A DNA stretch of 63,975 bases, counting the filler, from Hyphochytrium catenoides (taxonomy: Eukaryota; Protista; Hyphochytriomycota): NCBI GenBank assembly GCA_900088475.1. It is 10 parts of 10 records of this genome, joined end to end, with 100 filler letters (N's around TTAATTAATTAA, not from the genome) between each part and the next. Parts side by side here need not be neighbours in the genome. Positions count along the whole stretch, not along the records: positions 32,914 to 56,818 come from FLMG01000352.1; positions 56,919 to 59,013 come from FLMG01003822.1; positions 59,114 to 61,682 come from FLMG01004246.1; 7 more parts are not named here. The stretch is one strand, 5' to 3'. Below the pieces are notes generated by a model that was given only the letters and a program-made list of their open reading frames with translations, was not told the DNA's origin and made no database searches. This document shows, in pieces, positions 47,562 to 59,244 of this stretch (the stretch's first letter is position 1; each line of letters opens with the position of its first letter). A program made the translations under genes and the position numbers.

Positions 47562-48522
47562 GCTCTAGATCACAAGAGGACGAGCAGCACACGACCAAGC
47601 CGAGCCCAGCTTCATGATGAGCTCAAGATACTCCGCGGCGCAGCAAGCTGCGAAGACACTGATAGAGGAAACAATGGATGCGGCGGAAGCATCGCATTGT
47701 CAAAGGCCCACGTTGCTTTAGGATAGTTTTGAAGATAATTTTTGACCTTCTTGAGTGGAGAGTAATAAACATTGCCTTCTGCGTATTATTCATCCTGCCC
47801 CTTGGCTGCATTCGCTCTGATCGCGAACAATGCTTGAAACCTTGGTTCCTCTACCGTCACGCCTCTCTCCTATCCATCCTACTAGGTTTATTGCTGATCG
47901 CACCATCTGCTCTGTTCTAGTGGTAGAAGACTAAACTAAAGAATGCCTCTATTGCACTCTCTTCGATCGCTTCTTCCTTTCCTCCCGAGCTGTCGACTCT
48001 ACGGGCCGCATCTTCACCGCCTAACAGTGATGGAGAAAGTGTGACTCTGAATGCGGCTATTGCTGCCGCTGCTGCTGCTGGTTATACTATGGACTGTGTG
48101 CGACGTCGAAAGAATGGGGCAGAGAAAAAGAGTCCCCGCGAAGACTAGGCCTAAACCATATAATAAGCAGGGAAAGGAGTCACGACAGAGAAGAAGAAAG
48201 AATGACGTAGCATTTGCCCTAAGGAGGTGAAGGCCAACATAGTGGAGAATAATAGCTCTTAAGAGAGTGCGATGTCCCACTTAGAAAGAAAGTACTCAAG
48301 CTGCGCCTCCGCTCCACTGAGCGAAGAGGTAGGAACCACTTTTGTCTCGCTAACTCTCGGACAGAACCATCTGTAGGGTCATCCGAGTGATGCATAGTCG
48401 ATGAAGTGATTATTACAAGGTTATTGGGATAGGCTTCTGCTGAACAGATATGATACAGCCAAGGACACAACAGGGAAGTCGAAAGGAAAGGAATTGAAGA
48501 CACACAAGGCGCACTGTGCAAC

Positions 48523-50247
48523 CTAATCGAAGGTCACAAGGTGTGAGTCCATGCTGCTCAGTGCTATTGAGAATGCCTGTAGGGGTGTCAGCGGGTGGGC
48601 AAAGTCCATTGAGTAGACATTCCTATCCGCAGTGCGCCCGAAGAGCATGATCGTTGTGTCCAGATCGTCAGGGTGAGCAAGCAGGAAGTTCTTGACAGAG
48701 GCAGCAGCCACGCGGCCGCCAAAATCCAAGCAGTACGCGTCCAGAGCCTCCACCCATACAGGCGGTTTGTTGATGAGGTTGATGGCACGCTTGTCATCGG
48801 GCATATCGATCATGGAGAGCATGCTCTCATCCCGACTGTGAGCGCTCCAGTCCAACGACCTCAAGCCTCCATTCTCTAGTTCTTCTACTGCGGGAACTGC
48901 CACACGCATCTGTCTGGGTGTTTTGCCAAATGTGGCCGCGTACTGCACGGCTCCAATCTCCGTGTCTTCAAGGAATATCGTGTACTGACTGCCCACAAAA
49001 TTCCTTTCTAGTCTTCCTACCTGCCTGTTAGTGAGGGGCACATCTCTGTTGGATGGACTGATGTTCAGGTGGTCATATGATAAGTAAACCACAAAGTTGA
49101 CGGACATGTCCAGCTGCCTCTTTCTCTGCGCAGTCATCAGCAGCACATCACCATCCAGCGTGAACAACTCGTAAGTGCCACCCCTGGTGGCTCTAATATA
49201 GCACTGCGTCATGTTAGCCTCGCGAGGGGACGGAGAAGTGAGAAAAGATCTCAAGCTACCAGGGTCAGCGCGGGCAAGGGCGATGAGCGAGCGCCGTAGG
49301 AGGACATCCGCAGGAGGTGGTGGGTCTAGAGGACGGTTCTGGCAGACTTCCTTATGAGAAGAAAGCTCGGCTCTCTTGCACTGGTGTGGGCAGAAAGGGC
49401 AGATCACCTTCATTTCGTTGGCCATTCTTTGGACATGTCGATTGGGAAGGATCATACTGTAGCTCAAGGACTCACGGCACAGCGGACAGGTCCCCCGTTC
49501 GTTGACCCAGCGCTCAATGCAGTCCTTATCAAACACTGCACCACAGCATCCTGTCTCCACGGCCTCGCAGAAGACATCCTGGCATACTGGGCATTCTAGC
49601 ATCTTCCTGGTGTTCTCAAACATCTCCAACTGCTCATCCCGAGATTGCTGGGTCTGAGGGAGGGCCAGCGTGGAAACAAGGTTGGAGGCTGCCAGGGCGC
49701 TAGCAGCTGTTCGCACTTGCATTCGCTTCTGTTGTGTAAGGATTGTGTGGATGTCAAAGAGAGCGTCAATCACCTGGCTAACGGTGGCAGTAGGCTTCTC
49801 CGCTGGTGTTGGAGCAGAAATCTCCTCTGGACTCGTATCCTCCATATTATTATTAGGACTTGGCTCTTGCTCGGGCTGCTCTTCTTCTGACATGCTTTCT
49901 GGGGTGTCATGGTCTGCAAGCAGCTCGATATTTAGCGTAGAGCTCCCTCTCGCAATGACATCGTTAATCTCCAAGTCCATATCGTACAGCGGGCGGCGCT
50001 GCGCTGCGTCCGGAGCAGGCGAAGCATCTGCTCTGGGCGATGGCGAGTACATCAGCTCGCCTAGCGTTCTAGTTCGCAGAACGCGGTCTGAGTTTTTTCT
50101 CGATGAAGCTCTAACATGTATAGTATGAGGCAGTCTGGCTGGCGATCTGTTTCCTCTGCCGTGGCTTGAAGTGTCTGAGGTGGGGCTGTTGTTGCTCTGA
50201 AGCCCATCAGTCGAGACGGAGACGTCAATGTATCTCTGAAGCTCCAT
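48523..50247 (-). CDS. Tubby-domain protein with N-terminal variant RING finger and TRAF/SINA-like zinc finger, intronless (about 574 aa from ATG 50247)
   Basis: CPVC..CCGAVFDKDC..CPLC, then CPFC..HKEVC, then the Tubby core QCYIR..MTAQRKR..NFVGSQYTIF..PRQM..LINKPPVW..YCLDFGGRVAAASVKNFLL..MLFGR..YSMDFAHPLTPLQAFSIALSSMD. Confidence 0.93.
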   Translation of the reverse strand: MELQRYIDVSVSTDGLQSNNSPTSDTSSHGRGNRSPARLPHTIHVRASSRKNSDRVLRTRTLGELMYSPSPRADASPAPDAAQRRPLYDMDLEINDVIARGSSTLNIELLADHDTPESMSEEEQPEQEPSPNNNMEDTSPEEISAPTPAEKPTATVSQVIDALFDIHTILTQQKRMQVRTAASALAASNLVSTLALPQTQQSRDEQLEMFENTRKMLECPVCQDVFCEAVETGCCGAVFDKDCIERWVNERGTCPLCRESLSYSMILPNRHVQRMANEMKVICPFCPHQCKRAELSSHKEVCQNRPLDPPPPADVLLRRSLIALARADPGSLRSFLTSPSPREANMTQCYIRATRGGTYELFTLDGDVLLMTAQRKRQLDMSVNFVVYLSYDHLNISPSNRDVPLTNRQVGRLERNFVGSQYTIFLEDTEIGAVQYAATFGKTPRQMRVAVPAVEELENGGLRSLDWSAHSRDESMLSMIDMPDDKRAINLINKPPVWVEALDAYCLDFGGRVAAASVKNFLLAHPDDLDTTIMLFGRTADRNVYSMDFAHPLTPLQAFSIALSSMDSHLVTFD

Positions 50248-50827
50248 CCTTACTCCGGTTGGTCTCAAAAACAAGCCCTAAGAGAGGTTATTCAACCGAA
50301 ACAGGCTCCTCTCTCTCGCCGATCGCCGTGAAGAATGTTCCTTCTTCAAAGCTAGTGAGAACCGGGCCGACGGATGTGTTCTATCCACCTCCGTTCGACC
50401 GGTCAACTTGCTTAATGGCTGATTGAAGACAGAGAGACAGACAATAATGGCTGGGAAGCGTGATACTGCTGGAAGGAAAGGTAGGTTTGCTGAGTGAGCC
50501 GATGGGGTTTGTCTGCTGCTTTCGAGTGAATGAAAGTCGAAGAGAAACGGAGGCAAGGGTCAGAGAAAACCAAAGGAGAGTGCGTTGTGTCTACGTGGGC
50601 CGGCAAGCTGAGACTGATGATGATGGCGCTGAGAAAAGGCTGAAGACGTGATGCAGCTTTCGGGGAGGTGAGAGAATAAAGGGAAGAGAGGGAAAGGAAG
50701 AGAAAAATGGGGAAGGAGAGATATCAATGATGGAGTTTGACCCTCGGTGTCTCTCTCTCTTTATGCTTCTCCCGCCTCACTTCTTTCTCACTGTGGTCTG
50801 TCTCTCCCTATGCTCTGGCTTCCTGTC

Positions 50828-50899
<72 letters not shown>

Positions 50900-53529
50900 C
50901 TGTCTCCATGTCACGTCACCTGTTCCTTGTGCCTGGCTCTGCCTTCCTTGTCTTCTGATATCTCTTTCTAACTCTGTTTCTGCCGTCGACCTCTATCTTC
51001 TATAAGTTTCGGGTCTTTCTAATACACTCTGTATCTTCGACTGCCCGCCTTTCCCCTTTCTGTCTCTTCCTCCCGCGCTTTCTTCGTTCTGCCTTTTCTC
51101 AAAAGGCAAGTTCTGGTCCAAGGAAGGAAGGAGGCAGAAGAGGGGAGAATGGCCCTATAAGAAGGAGAGGGCAACCACCCAAAGGTGTGTCCCAGAGTCA
51201 GACTGACAGTTACAAATGTTGCCACATTGCCAGGGGAAGAGCATCGGTGGGACAAAATGACAGCCAGTGCGAGAGGCATATTATTATGTCTCATAAAGGT
51301 TAAAGGTCAACATATACGGTATTACCACGTCGTTGAACTCAGATCTGTGACTCCTACCCACTGACCGGAACTGGATCCTTGTGCTAGATAGTTTCAGGCC
51401 GGGTTTGTTCCCATGCTAGGGTTAAATATATGGCTATTCGAGGCATTGAAGGGTAGTGGGTTTGTGCTGTACAATAGAAAGAGTAGGGTGGATGGGTGGT
51501 GACGGACTCAGCTTCTGATTCGTCCTCAACCAATTTTACAAGAGGAGAAGGAAAGGGGAAGAGAAAAAGCCTGCAAAATACACAACACCGTCGAACCCAA
51601 AACATCCAAACGCCACAGAACTTTCCTGAGAAAGAGAAAAATAACCTTTCTCGTTTATTTCCTTCCAATGCTCCCTGAGTAACCGCTAATACTGGGACGA
51701 CTGAAAAGCCCAAAGAGTGTTGACTTCCCGCTGAAATCTTTCCTCACGGAAAGCACCTGTAGTTGAGGCAGAGCATTCGTGCCCGATAAGAACCCTGAGA
51801 GGATGTTAATATCTGTCATCTATGACTCTTATATTCTCAATACACGCAGAGACTCCATTACTATTGCAAATGACAGTCTAAGAATTTCGGCGAATGAAGG
51901 GGGTGACCTCTAGCCTGGGTAGCCGACACCGACTTGACGATGTTTCTCGCCCTCTTCTTATGGTTCTAACTGCTGCTCGCAGACTTGGGCTGGGAATCAA
52001 GAGTAGGTCGCCCCTCCAAGTGGCTGCCGATGCCCCCGAAGGGCGCTGTATCATGAGAAAGATGTGGAACAAGGCAGCTGCAGCAGTTACAGCTTTGCTC
52101 TTCCTCTTGCCTCTTGCCTCTTGCTCCTCCTCCTCCTGCTGCTGCTGCTGCTGCTGCTGCCTGCTCCCTGCTCATGGCTCCTGCCTCCTCTCTCTTGCCC
52201 ATCATCATCTCCACAGATGATAGGAACAGAGGGTGCTGCTGCTGATCTCTCACCCTTCAGTAGCAGCGAGGGAGACAGAGGCAGCCGCAAGACCCGTGCA
52301 GCACAAACAGAGTCGACCTTGTCGTGCATAGGGAGTAGCAGAAGAAGGAAGAGAAGACACCGAACTGAGAGAAGAAGGAGAGACGATTGTAACACTGACG
52401 ATGAGTTGCGCGGGACAGGTCGTTGAAAGACCGTTTCAAATCAATGACCGGAACTCGTACCTTGTACCTGCTCCTGCTTCTGTAGAGCTCAATCTCTGTC
52501 ACACCTCCTATTTGTACCTCTTTCCCAGGTGATTGGATCTTTGTTGGGTCCTTCTTCTTGGCCCTTGCTATCGTAGCCTCTGGCGGATGATATCGTATCT
52601 TTCTGGCAGCTCCAGCATCAAGCTTCCTGTAGCTTCTTCAAACACTTCCACAGCTCGTCAGGAGAGATTTTGGTGTTACCTATGACCGCGGCTATGACGT
52701 GGGTTGACTCGAGGTGGGGCTTAGGACAAGGAGAAGAGCCTTGCTAGGAGGTAGCAGCACGAAAAGGAGGAAAAAGCTTCCCTTGTTGGCCACAAGAGAA
52801 TGAATACCTCAAATTCTTGGTAGGAAAAAAACAGCCGTCGTCCATGTGTCTCTCTCCTCAAACCGTATGCCAGTCGTCAACATACAACGTGTTCCCTGGC
52901 CACCGCCATATAATGATTTCTGTTACATCGTGGTACGGGTAAGAGAAAGAGAGAGAATAGGGGCAGGACAGACAGGATGACCAAGGTCAAGGTTCGCGCT
53001 GTACGACGGATACGTGGGAGGGTGAGTTCTGGCTGTTGAGCGTACTATCTCAATGCAGGACAGAGGAATAGCGATGGTGTTGTCACACTTGGCTTTTTTA
53101 CCAGCGACCATCTTGCCATATTTTTGCAGACAGCAGCCAGACAGACTAGCGCTCGCCATTCTCACGCCGAGTTGAAGCATTTGCCACTCTCAAGCTGCGT
53201 TAAAGGCGATCTATCTTCCATTGTCTTGAGCTTTCTTTCCATATGTTGGACTGGTATTCAATGTGTCTTGGTACTCTAAGGGGCCAACTATATTCCAGAA
53301 GTTATTGCTTCGGTGAATGAGTGGATGAAAGCCTATCGTACACTTGGAATTTACAAGTCCCAGGCCTCGCCTAGCAGCAAAATGGACACACAGTGACTGC
53401 TTCCGAAAGTCCCCTTCAGCTGTAAAGGTATTAGTGCCCCTCATTGAGAACACGGCTGTGTCATATATATAGACAATAAATAACACCTAACCACTCAGCT
53501 GCTGTGCGTCCTCCTCCTCTTTGAATGGT

Positions 53530-55498
53530 TTATATGGGAACTCCTGGGAGCCGCCCGGTGTTCCGTCTACTCCTGATGTTACCGCTCAGCATGGCAGTCA
53601 GTGAACGGTCTAGCACGTCCTCTTCTGAATTCATCCTTGTTAGCGTCGGCGTCACCGCCCGGCCAGTGCTAGTACTAGAGGTCAACGCGATGTTACCAGC
53701 CGTCAGTTCCTTCCAGAGGCATTGCTGAAACACCGTCGTGAGAGAACGAGCAGAGGCTACAAAGACGACAAAAGTCTGCGAGAACGCATCGAGAGAGAAC
53801 ATGGAGCCTCTTTCGCTGTGACTCCTCAGGCCTGTCACCAACACCGTCGCCCGAGACACTTTTCTCAGCATCCCATTTCCATGGCGAGAACTACTACTGC
53901 GGCGTCGCGTCTCACCGCCAATGGGTGAAAGTGATCCTTCCTGAGAAGACGAAAGGCTGAGCGAGCTCCTCTGCCGGAAAGAGCTTGGAGAAGACGGTGG
54001 ACTCTCAAGCCCAGCTCCCACGAGGCCTGAAGACCTATGCACAGCTAATAACTTAACTTTTTGGCCCATCTCTCATGCCACGTTGAGTCTCTCACCTCTG
54101 TAACGACATCTCCATCTCGGTAGTCTTGGCATTGGCTCGCCCCATCAGAATATCCATTGATGTCCTTGGACGACATTCAATGCTTATTAAGCACTTCACG
54201 GTTTACTGACAGCAGATTGACTTTACCTGTATGCCAGCTCTTTTGACTGCTGCAAGATGAGGCATAGCATTTCCATAGACCTGAAAAGTCGCGTCACTTC
54301 CTCCGCGTTGCTGGCTGCAAGAGTAAAACAGCGCGCAAGGTTAGAAGCATGACTAGAAAAGTTCAATGGTTCAATCGATACACACCGTATTGTTCTGCTG
54401 CCATATGAACGACCTCCTGTGGATCAATCTCCGCTGACGTGACCTTGGCTGGCACCTGTGACAGGAACAAGACCAGGATGTAAGAATACTCTGAGTCACA
54501 AAGCATTGGGGACTATGGAAGGGGTTCTGTACCGGGCACAACCGAGCGGTTAGCTTGCATCCAAAGGCGCTGATGAGTTTGTTCGCCGGAACACCAGCCA
54601 CAGTGCTCACCTAAACAGAACAAAGTCCAGAATCAGAGGAACATCATGCAATAACGTCATTCCAACCTACCAAGACACTGCGATTCCGAAGACTTCCTTT
54701 AACTTCGTTGGCCAAGCGGATAAGTTGGTTAGGAGGAACAGCGACGAATACTACGTGCGATAGCTCCACTAGCTGGCACCGTCCAAAAGAGACACGCCTG
54801 TTAACTCATCGTCTATGGACAAAGACAAACAAGACGATCAGTCACAGCACCTGTGAGCTGTTGGTATAGCAATTGACGCCCATCTCCTGGTACTTAGCAA
54901 GCTTCGACTGCGTCCTACAGGAAAGATGGAGGTACTGGGCCGAGATGCCTGGGGATAAAGAACAGAATGTGGCATAAGGGAGGGATTCTTATTGGCCATC
55001 GTGGTCAAGTGTGGAGTTTACAGCTTTTAGACTCCTCACCATGAGAAAGAAGTGTTTCTAGAATGGCGGTGCCAACATCTCCCGCCCCGATGATACCGAT
55101 AGAACATTCTTTCTGCGCAGTCTGGCCAAAGAGTTGTAACGGGTAAGAAACAGCTGCCAGGACAGAAATATTTTAACTGAAGTAGCTTGAGAAGCTTGCC
55201 TTTGTCTTGTTGTACACGCCCAGGATGCAGAACGTGACGAATGTCGCCTGATAACCAATGATCTGAAGGGTTTAGACGTCATGGTAAGAGATACGGTCCG
55301 GGCGGGTAAGAGGAGCTACGAGGAACTTGCCTGAATACATCTCTTTCGACGCAAGTACATATCTTTAATGTGCGGCGCCAGAGTTTCCGGCCCCGAGAGG
55401 CACACGTTTCTAAGTAACTCATTCACTAGCTCGTCATCGGACCGTTTAGGAAGCGCTGCTGCAGATGAGTTCGAGATCTGCACCTTTAGCAGGTCCAT
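53530..55498 (-). CDS. NOXRED1: NOXRED1-like NADP oxidoreductase (P5C-reductase/F420_oxidored fold); exons 55498-55331, 55262-55200, 55121-55040, 54948-54851, 54772-54671, 54610-54533, 54455-54386, 54314-54227, 54164-54096, 54034-53530
   Basis: Manual splicing gives one stop-free protein: YLRRKRCIQIIGYQATFVTFC..SIGIIGAGDVGTAILETLL (Rossmann GxGxxG)..LHLSCRTQSKL..GVNCYTNSSQLVELSHVVFVAVPPNQL..VSTVAGVPANKL, colinear with NOXRED1 as I recall it. The ORF track does not show it as one unit. Confidence 0.82.
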
Positions 55499-56612
55499 TG
55501 CGATGGAAACCCTTCCTAGGCCATTCGGTTCCAGGACCCAAAGCTATCTTGCAAGCATTTGGTGGGACATGCTACGCGAGGGTAATAAGGCGCAGACAGA
55601 GTTCAGAAGCTTCATCTTTCAAAAAGAGATAGATCAAATCTGCTACACGGTTGCTCAATGGAGGCGGCAATCAGCATCTATGACGGACAGGGAACTGCAG
55701 CAGTACTGGTGGCTTGGCGCGGGAGCTGCAGCAGCTGCAGCGCCCAAACAGCGGGTCATTAGACGAGAGCTTCCCCTTCTCATCAGCATTCAATTCTCAT
55801 CAGCTCATCATCAGCCATCAAAGATCAAACGGCGCCGGTCAACTAACCACCTTCTTTCCATACTGTAGGTACGCGTCACTGCGCCGGCCTCCTCTCCTAA
55901 TATTACCTTAGGCCTGCGGCGGACTGGAAGAGAAGCGAAAGGACACAACCAGCAGGCAAAATGAGGGAGAGGAGAATAGCCATTCTGGTATATTCCTACA
56001 CTCTATTCTAAATCAGTCCGATGGGAACGAAGAGATGGTCTGTGAAGTTGAAGTGCCAGGAAAGGTTTCAAGAGATTGCTTCTACTGGGAAACATTCCAT
56101 TACCTTTTACCCTTGGTAGAGGTGGGAACATTTCAGCGCTCAATGGGACCAGGGACATCAATGTTTCAGAAGCTCGCCTTTCTTATAGAGCCAGCGGGCC
56201 GACTGCGGGACTCTGTCAGGCACTTTGCCTCTGTCTCCTCTGTCGACTCTCCCTCTTGTCTTGCATTGGCGCTGTCCCGGTCACAGGAAGAAGGCGTAGA
56301 GACAGATGCCGCAGAGAGTGGGCAATAACCCCGCCGCGCTGCCAGAGCCTGGACTGCGGTTCTGGTGCGGCAGAGCTCAAGTGTTGTTTGCGCGCACCTC
56401 CTACTTCACTACTACGTGTATGATAGAAAAGTGGATCTTCCTGGGATGTGCATTTATCAACTTTCCAAGCGTAAGCAACGACGTAGCTAAGAACCTCTAT
56501 CCTCCTCCTTACGGACAATCCAGTGTTGTCGCTCTTGCGGTGAGCCAGAGTCGAAAGCAAGAGCAGCTCTCAGGACAACAGCAGACCAAGGACTAAGGTG
56601 CCAGACATCAAG

Positions 56613-56818
56613 ATGCCACGACAATCGAGAAGCCAGACAACGAATGCACCGCTTTTCATGGCAGCGGCCGCCCTCATGCTGGCGCTAGTCTCCATGTGGA
56701 CTCATGCGGCAGAGGCAATTGGACCAGGAGGGAATGGCACAAGCAATTTACAGTCATCGTGGCCAGAGAAGTGCATAATCGGGTGCGCTGCTGGGCTGAC
56801 AGTCTGCATTCTCGTGCA
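56613..56818 (+). CDS. Possible N-terminus of a signal-peptide protein, truncated by the contig end
   Basis: MPRQ...LFMAAAALMLALVSMWTHAAEA (hydrophobic core plus AxA site), an NGT sequon, then a second hydrophobic stretch. Short and without homology support. Confidence 0.35.
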
Positions 56819-56918
56819 NNNNNNNNNNNNNNNNNNNNNNNNNNNNNNNNNNNNNNNNNNNNTTAATTAATTAANNNNNNNNNNNNNNNNNNNNNNNNNN
56901 NNNNNNNNNNNNNNNNNN
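56819..56918. other. Artificial contig spacer
   Basis: N run + TTAATTAATTAA + N run. Confidence 0.97.
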
Positions 56919-58082
56919 TTGGTGTCAACCAACCTTCTCCTCCTCTGCCCTTATCGTAAGAGCTTAGCTAATGACAATGATACTTTCTTTCTCCTGACGA
57001 TGATGTTGTCGAGGGAAGAGACTGGCGACGAATGGGAGAGTCCGTAGCTTTTGTCTTCACCAGTTCTTCTTCTCTTTTACTTCTATATTTCTTTTCAATT
57101 TGCCTTCTTTAGGTGGTCTTCTTCTTGTTCTTTCTTCCTTTTTGATTAGTAGTCAGGCCCTATGATCTCAAGACGCATCTGTTTGCTTTGTTGTTAGAAG
57201 GCACACACGGCTTTCAGAGTTCAAGATGATCGTAGAGCGAGGAGTGAAAGAGAGGTCATTACTCTCTCAAAAAGCAATATGAATCGTTGTTCAGTGCCCC
57301 TTATCAACGAACAATTGTTCAGGAGTGACCAGTAGACTACTGCTTGATGAAAAAGTAGGCCAGAAAGAGAAAGAAGAGCAACGGAGCACGGGGGAGCTCA
57401 CGGTCATCACGCGCGGCCGGGCAGTCGAAAGGTAGCGGGTGCTGCTGGAAGAACGAAGAAGCGGAAGAATAGAGTTTCTTCTTATTCTATTATTGTTGGT
57501 TCGTGGCTTCTCAACCTCCTATCAGTACAACGGCCTTTGATGTGTCCGTCTTAGATTCGCTGCAATCCAGAACCCTTCCCTATGCAGCAATCCATGCCGG
57601 CTATCAAGGTCGCTTGTCTGAGAAAGCGAAGTTTGAGGAACGAACCATGAGGGTCCTTGTCAGGCTGTGAGACTGCAGTTTGTGCCGCTAGTCTGGAAGT
57701 CTTCTGGTGGTGCTATGCCCTATGTCCTGGACTGGGTGGATCAGCTCGTCGTGAAGGTTTAGAGTCATCGCTCCGCTCTTGATGATTCTTGACCTCTTGG
57801 TCGTTGGTCTCGGTTGGCACAGGCTCTCACTCTTCACAATAGAAACTCATTCGCGATTCATGAAGAGAATGCGCTACAGATTCAAGAGCGTATTCCTGTT
57901 CTGCTCGGCCTGTGTGATCGAGTGTGATGATGATGGTCTCCGCGCTACGCCCTCTTCTTAGCTCCTCGGTCTCCCATCGTTATTGCCGATTAGGAGGAGT
58001 TTAACTATGATTCTTCCGCTCTCTACAGTAATGGCAGGAGAGGAGAGCCTGTCGAAGAATCAAGAACTTTGTAGCTCACGCC

Positions 58083-58369
58083 TTTCTTCATTTTCTTCTT
58101 CTTCCTCTTCTCCTTCCTCTTCTCCTTTCTCTTCTCCTTCTTCTTCTTCATCTTCTTTTTCTTCATCTTCATCTTCTTCATCTTCATCTTCTTCGTCTTC
58201 TCTTTCTTCTCCTTCTTCTTTTTCTTCATCTTCAACATCCTCTTCTTCCTCTTCTTTTTCTTCTTGTTCTCCCTCTCCTCCTTCTTCTTCTCCTCCTTCT
58301 CCTCCGCCATCTCCTTCTTCTCGTCCCTTCTCCTATTTCATCTTCTTCTTCGTCTATTCTCATTCTTCT
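58083..58369. repeat. Degenerate (TTC/TCC/ATC)n low-complexity tract
   Basis: Directly visible. Confidence 0.9.
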
Positions 58370-59013
58370 TAGTAGTCGTATTATCCTTATAGCAGTAGTT
58401 AACCTCTACTTCGCTCTTCGCTTCGTTGGCATTGAAGAGAGGGGTTCTACTAACTTAGAATAGAAAAGTTCGTCATTATATTACTACTACTCTGTGTAAA
58501 GCAACCAAAGAAACCGCCCTTCCCCTGCCTTCAGTCGGGGAGACAGAACTCACTAGACTGTTAGCTGGTGAGCTGAAAATATGGGTGTGGCACTAAACGA
58601 GTTACCTGTTTACGATAATCAATCCTTATTGATTTCGTAAGAATGATTATTGCTGGCTGTTGGTTGGTTGCTGTGTGGGCCCAGGGAAAAACACAGGCAA
58701 ATCAGCTCATTTGCTGTTTGTCTTGGGATAAACTGTCTTGAAGCATGCGAGCCGATGAAGCAGCGGCACGGGCGACCCGATGAAGCGGCTAGACCAGTCT
58801 TCGTAGGGCGATAGGGGACGACACATCGCCGCAGCGTGCTGGTTGGCGAACACATATTGCCTATTCCAACGCTGTGCTGGAGCTTTGCAAGCTCTTTCAT
58901 CGATTGAGCGAGCTCTAAAAGGTGGAGGTTTGCCGCAGAGTCAGGACGAAGAGAGTAGCACTCGTTGGAAGAGAGCCTTCAGGGCGTTTGCACGAAGAGT
59001 CATGGCGAAGACC

Positions 59014-59113
59014 NNNNNNNNNNNNNNNNNNNNNNNNNNNNNNNNNNNNNNNNNNNNTTAATTAATTAANNNNNNNNNNNNNNNNNNNNNNNNNNNNNNN
59101 NNNNNNNNNNNNN
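59014..59113. other. Artificial contig spacer
   Basis: N run + TTAATTAATTAA + N run. Confidence 0.97.
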
Positions 59114-59194
59114 TGTCGGGGTAACGTACTTCACACTATAGCTTAGTCCGACAGAACATTTACATAGGCTGCAAGTGGAAAGGGGAGAGAGAGG

Positions 59195-59244
<50 letters not shown>

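Noticed and set aside
44613-50128. Antisense and alternative-frame ORFs overlapping the LEA and Tubby genes
   Set aside because: Shadow ORFs expected from codon bias and repeats in the real genes.
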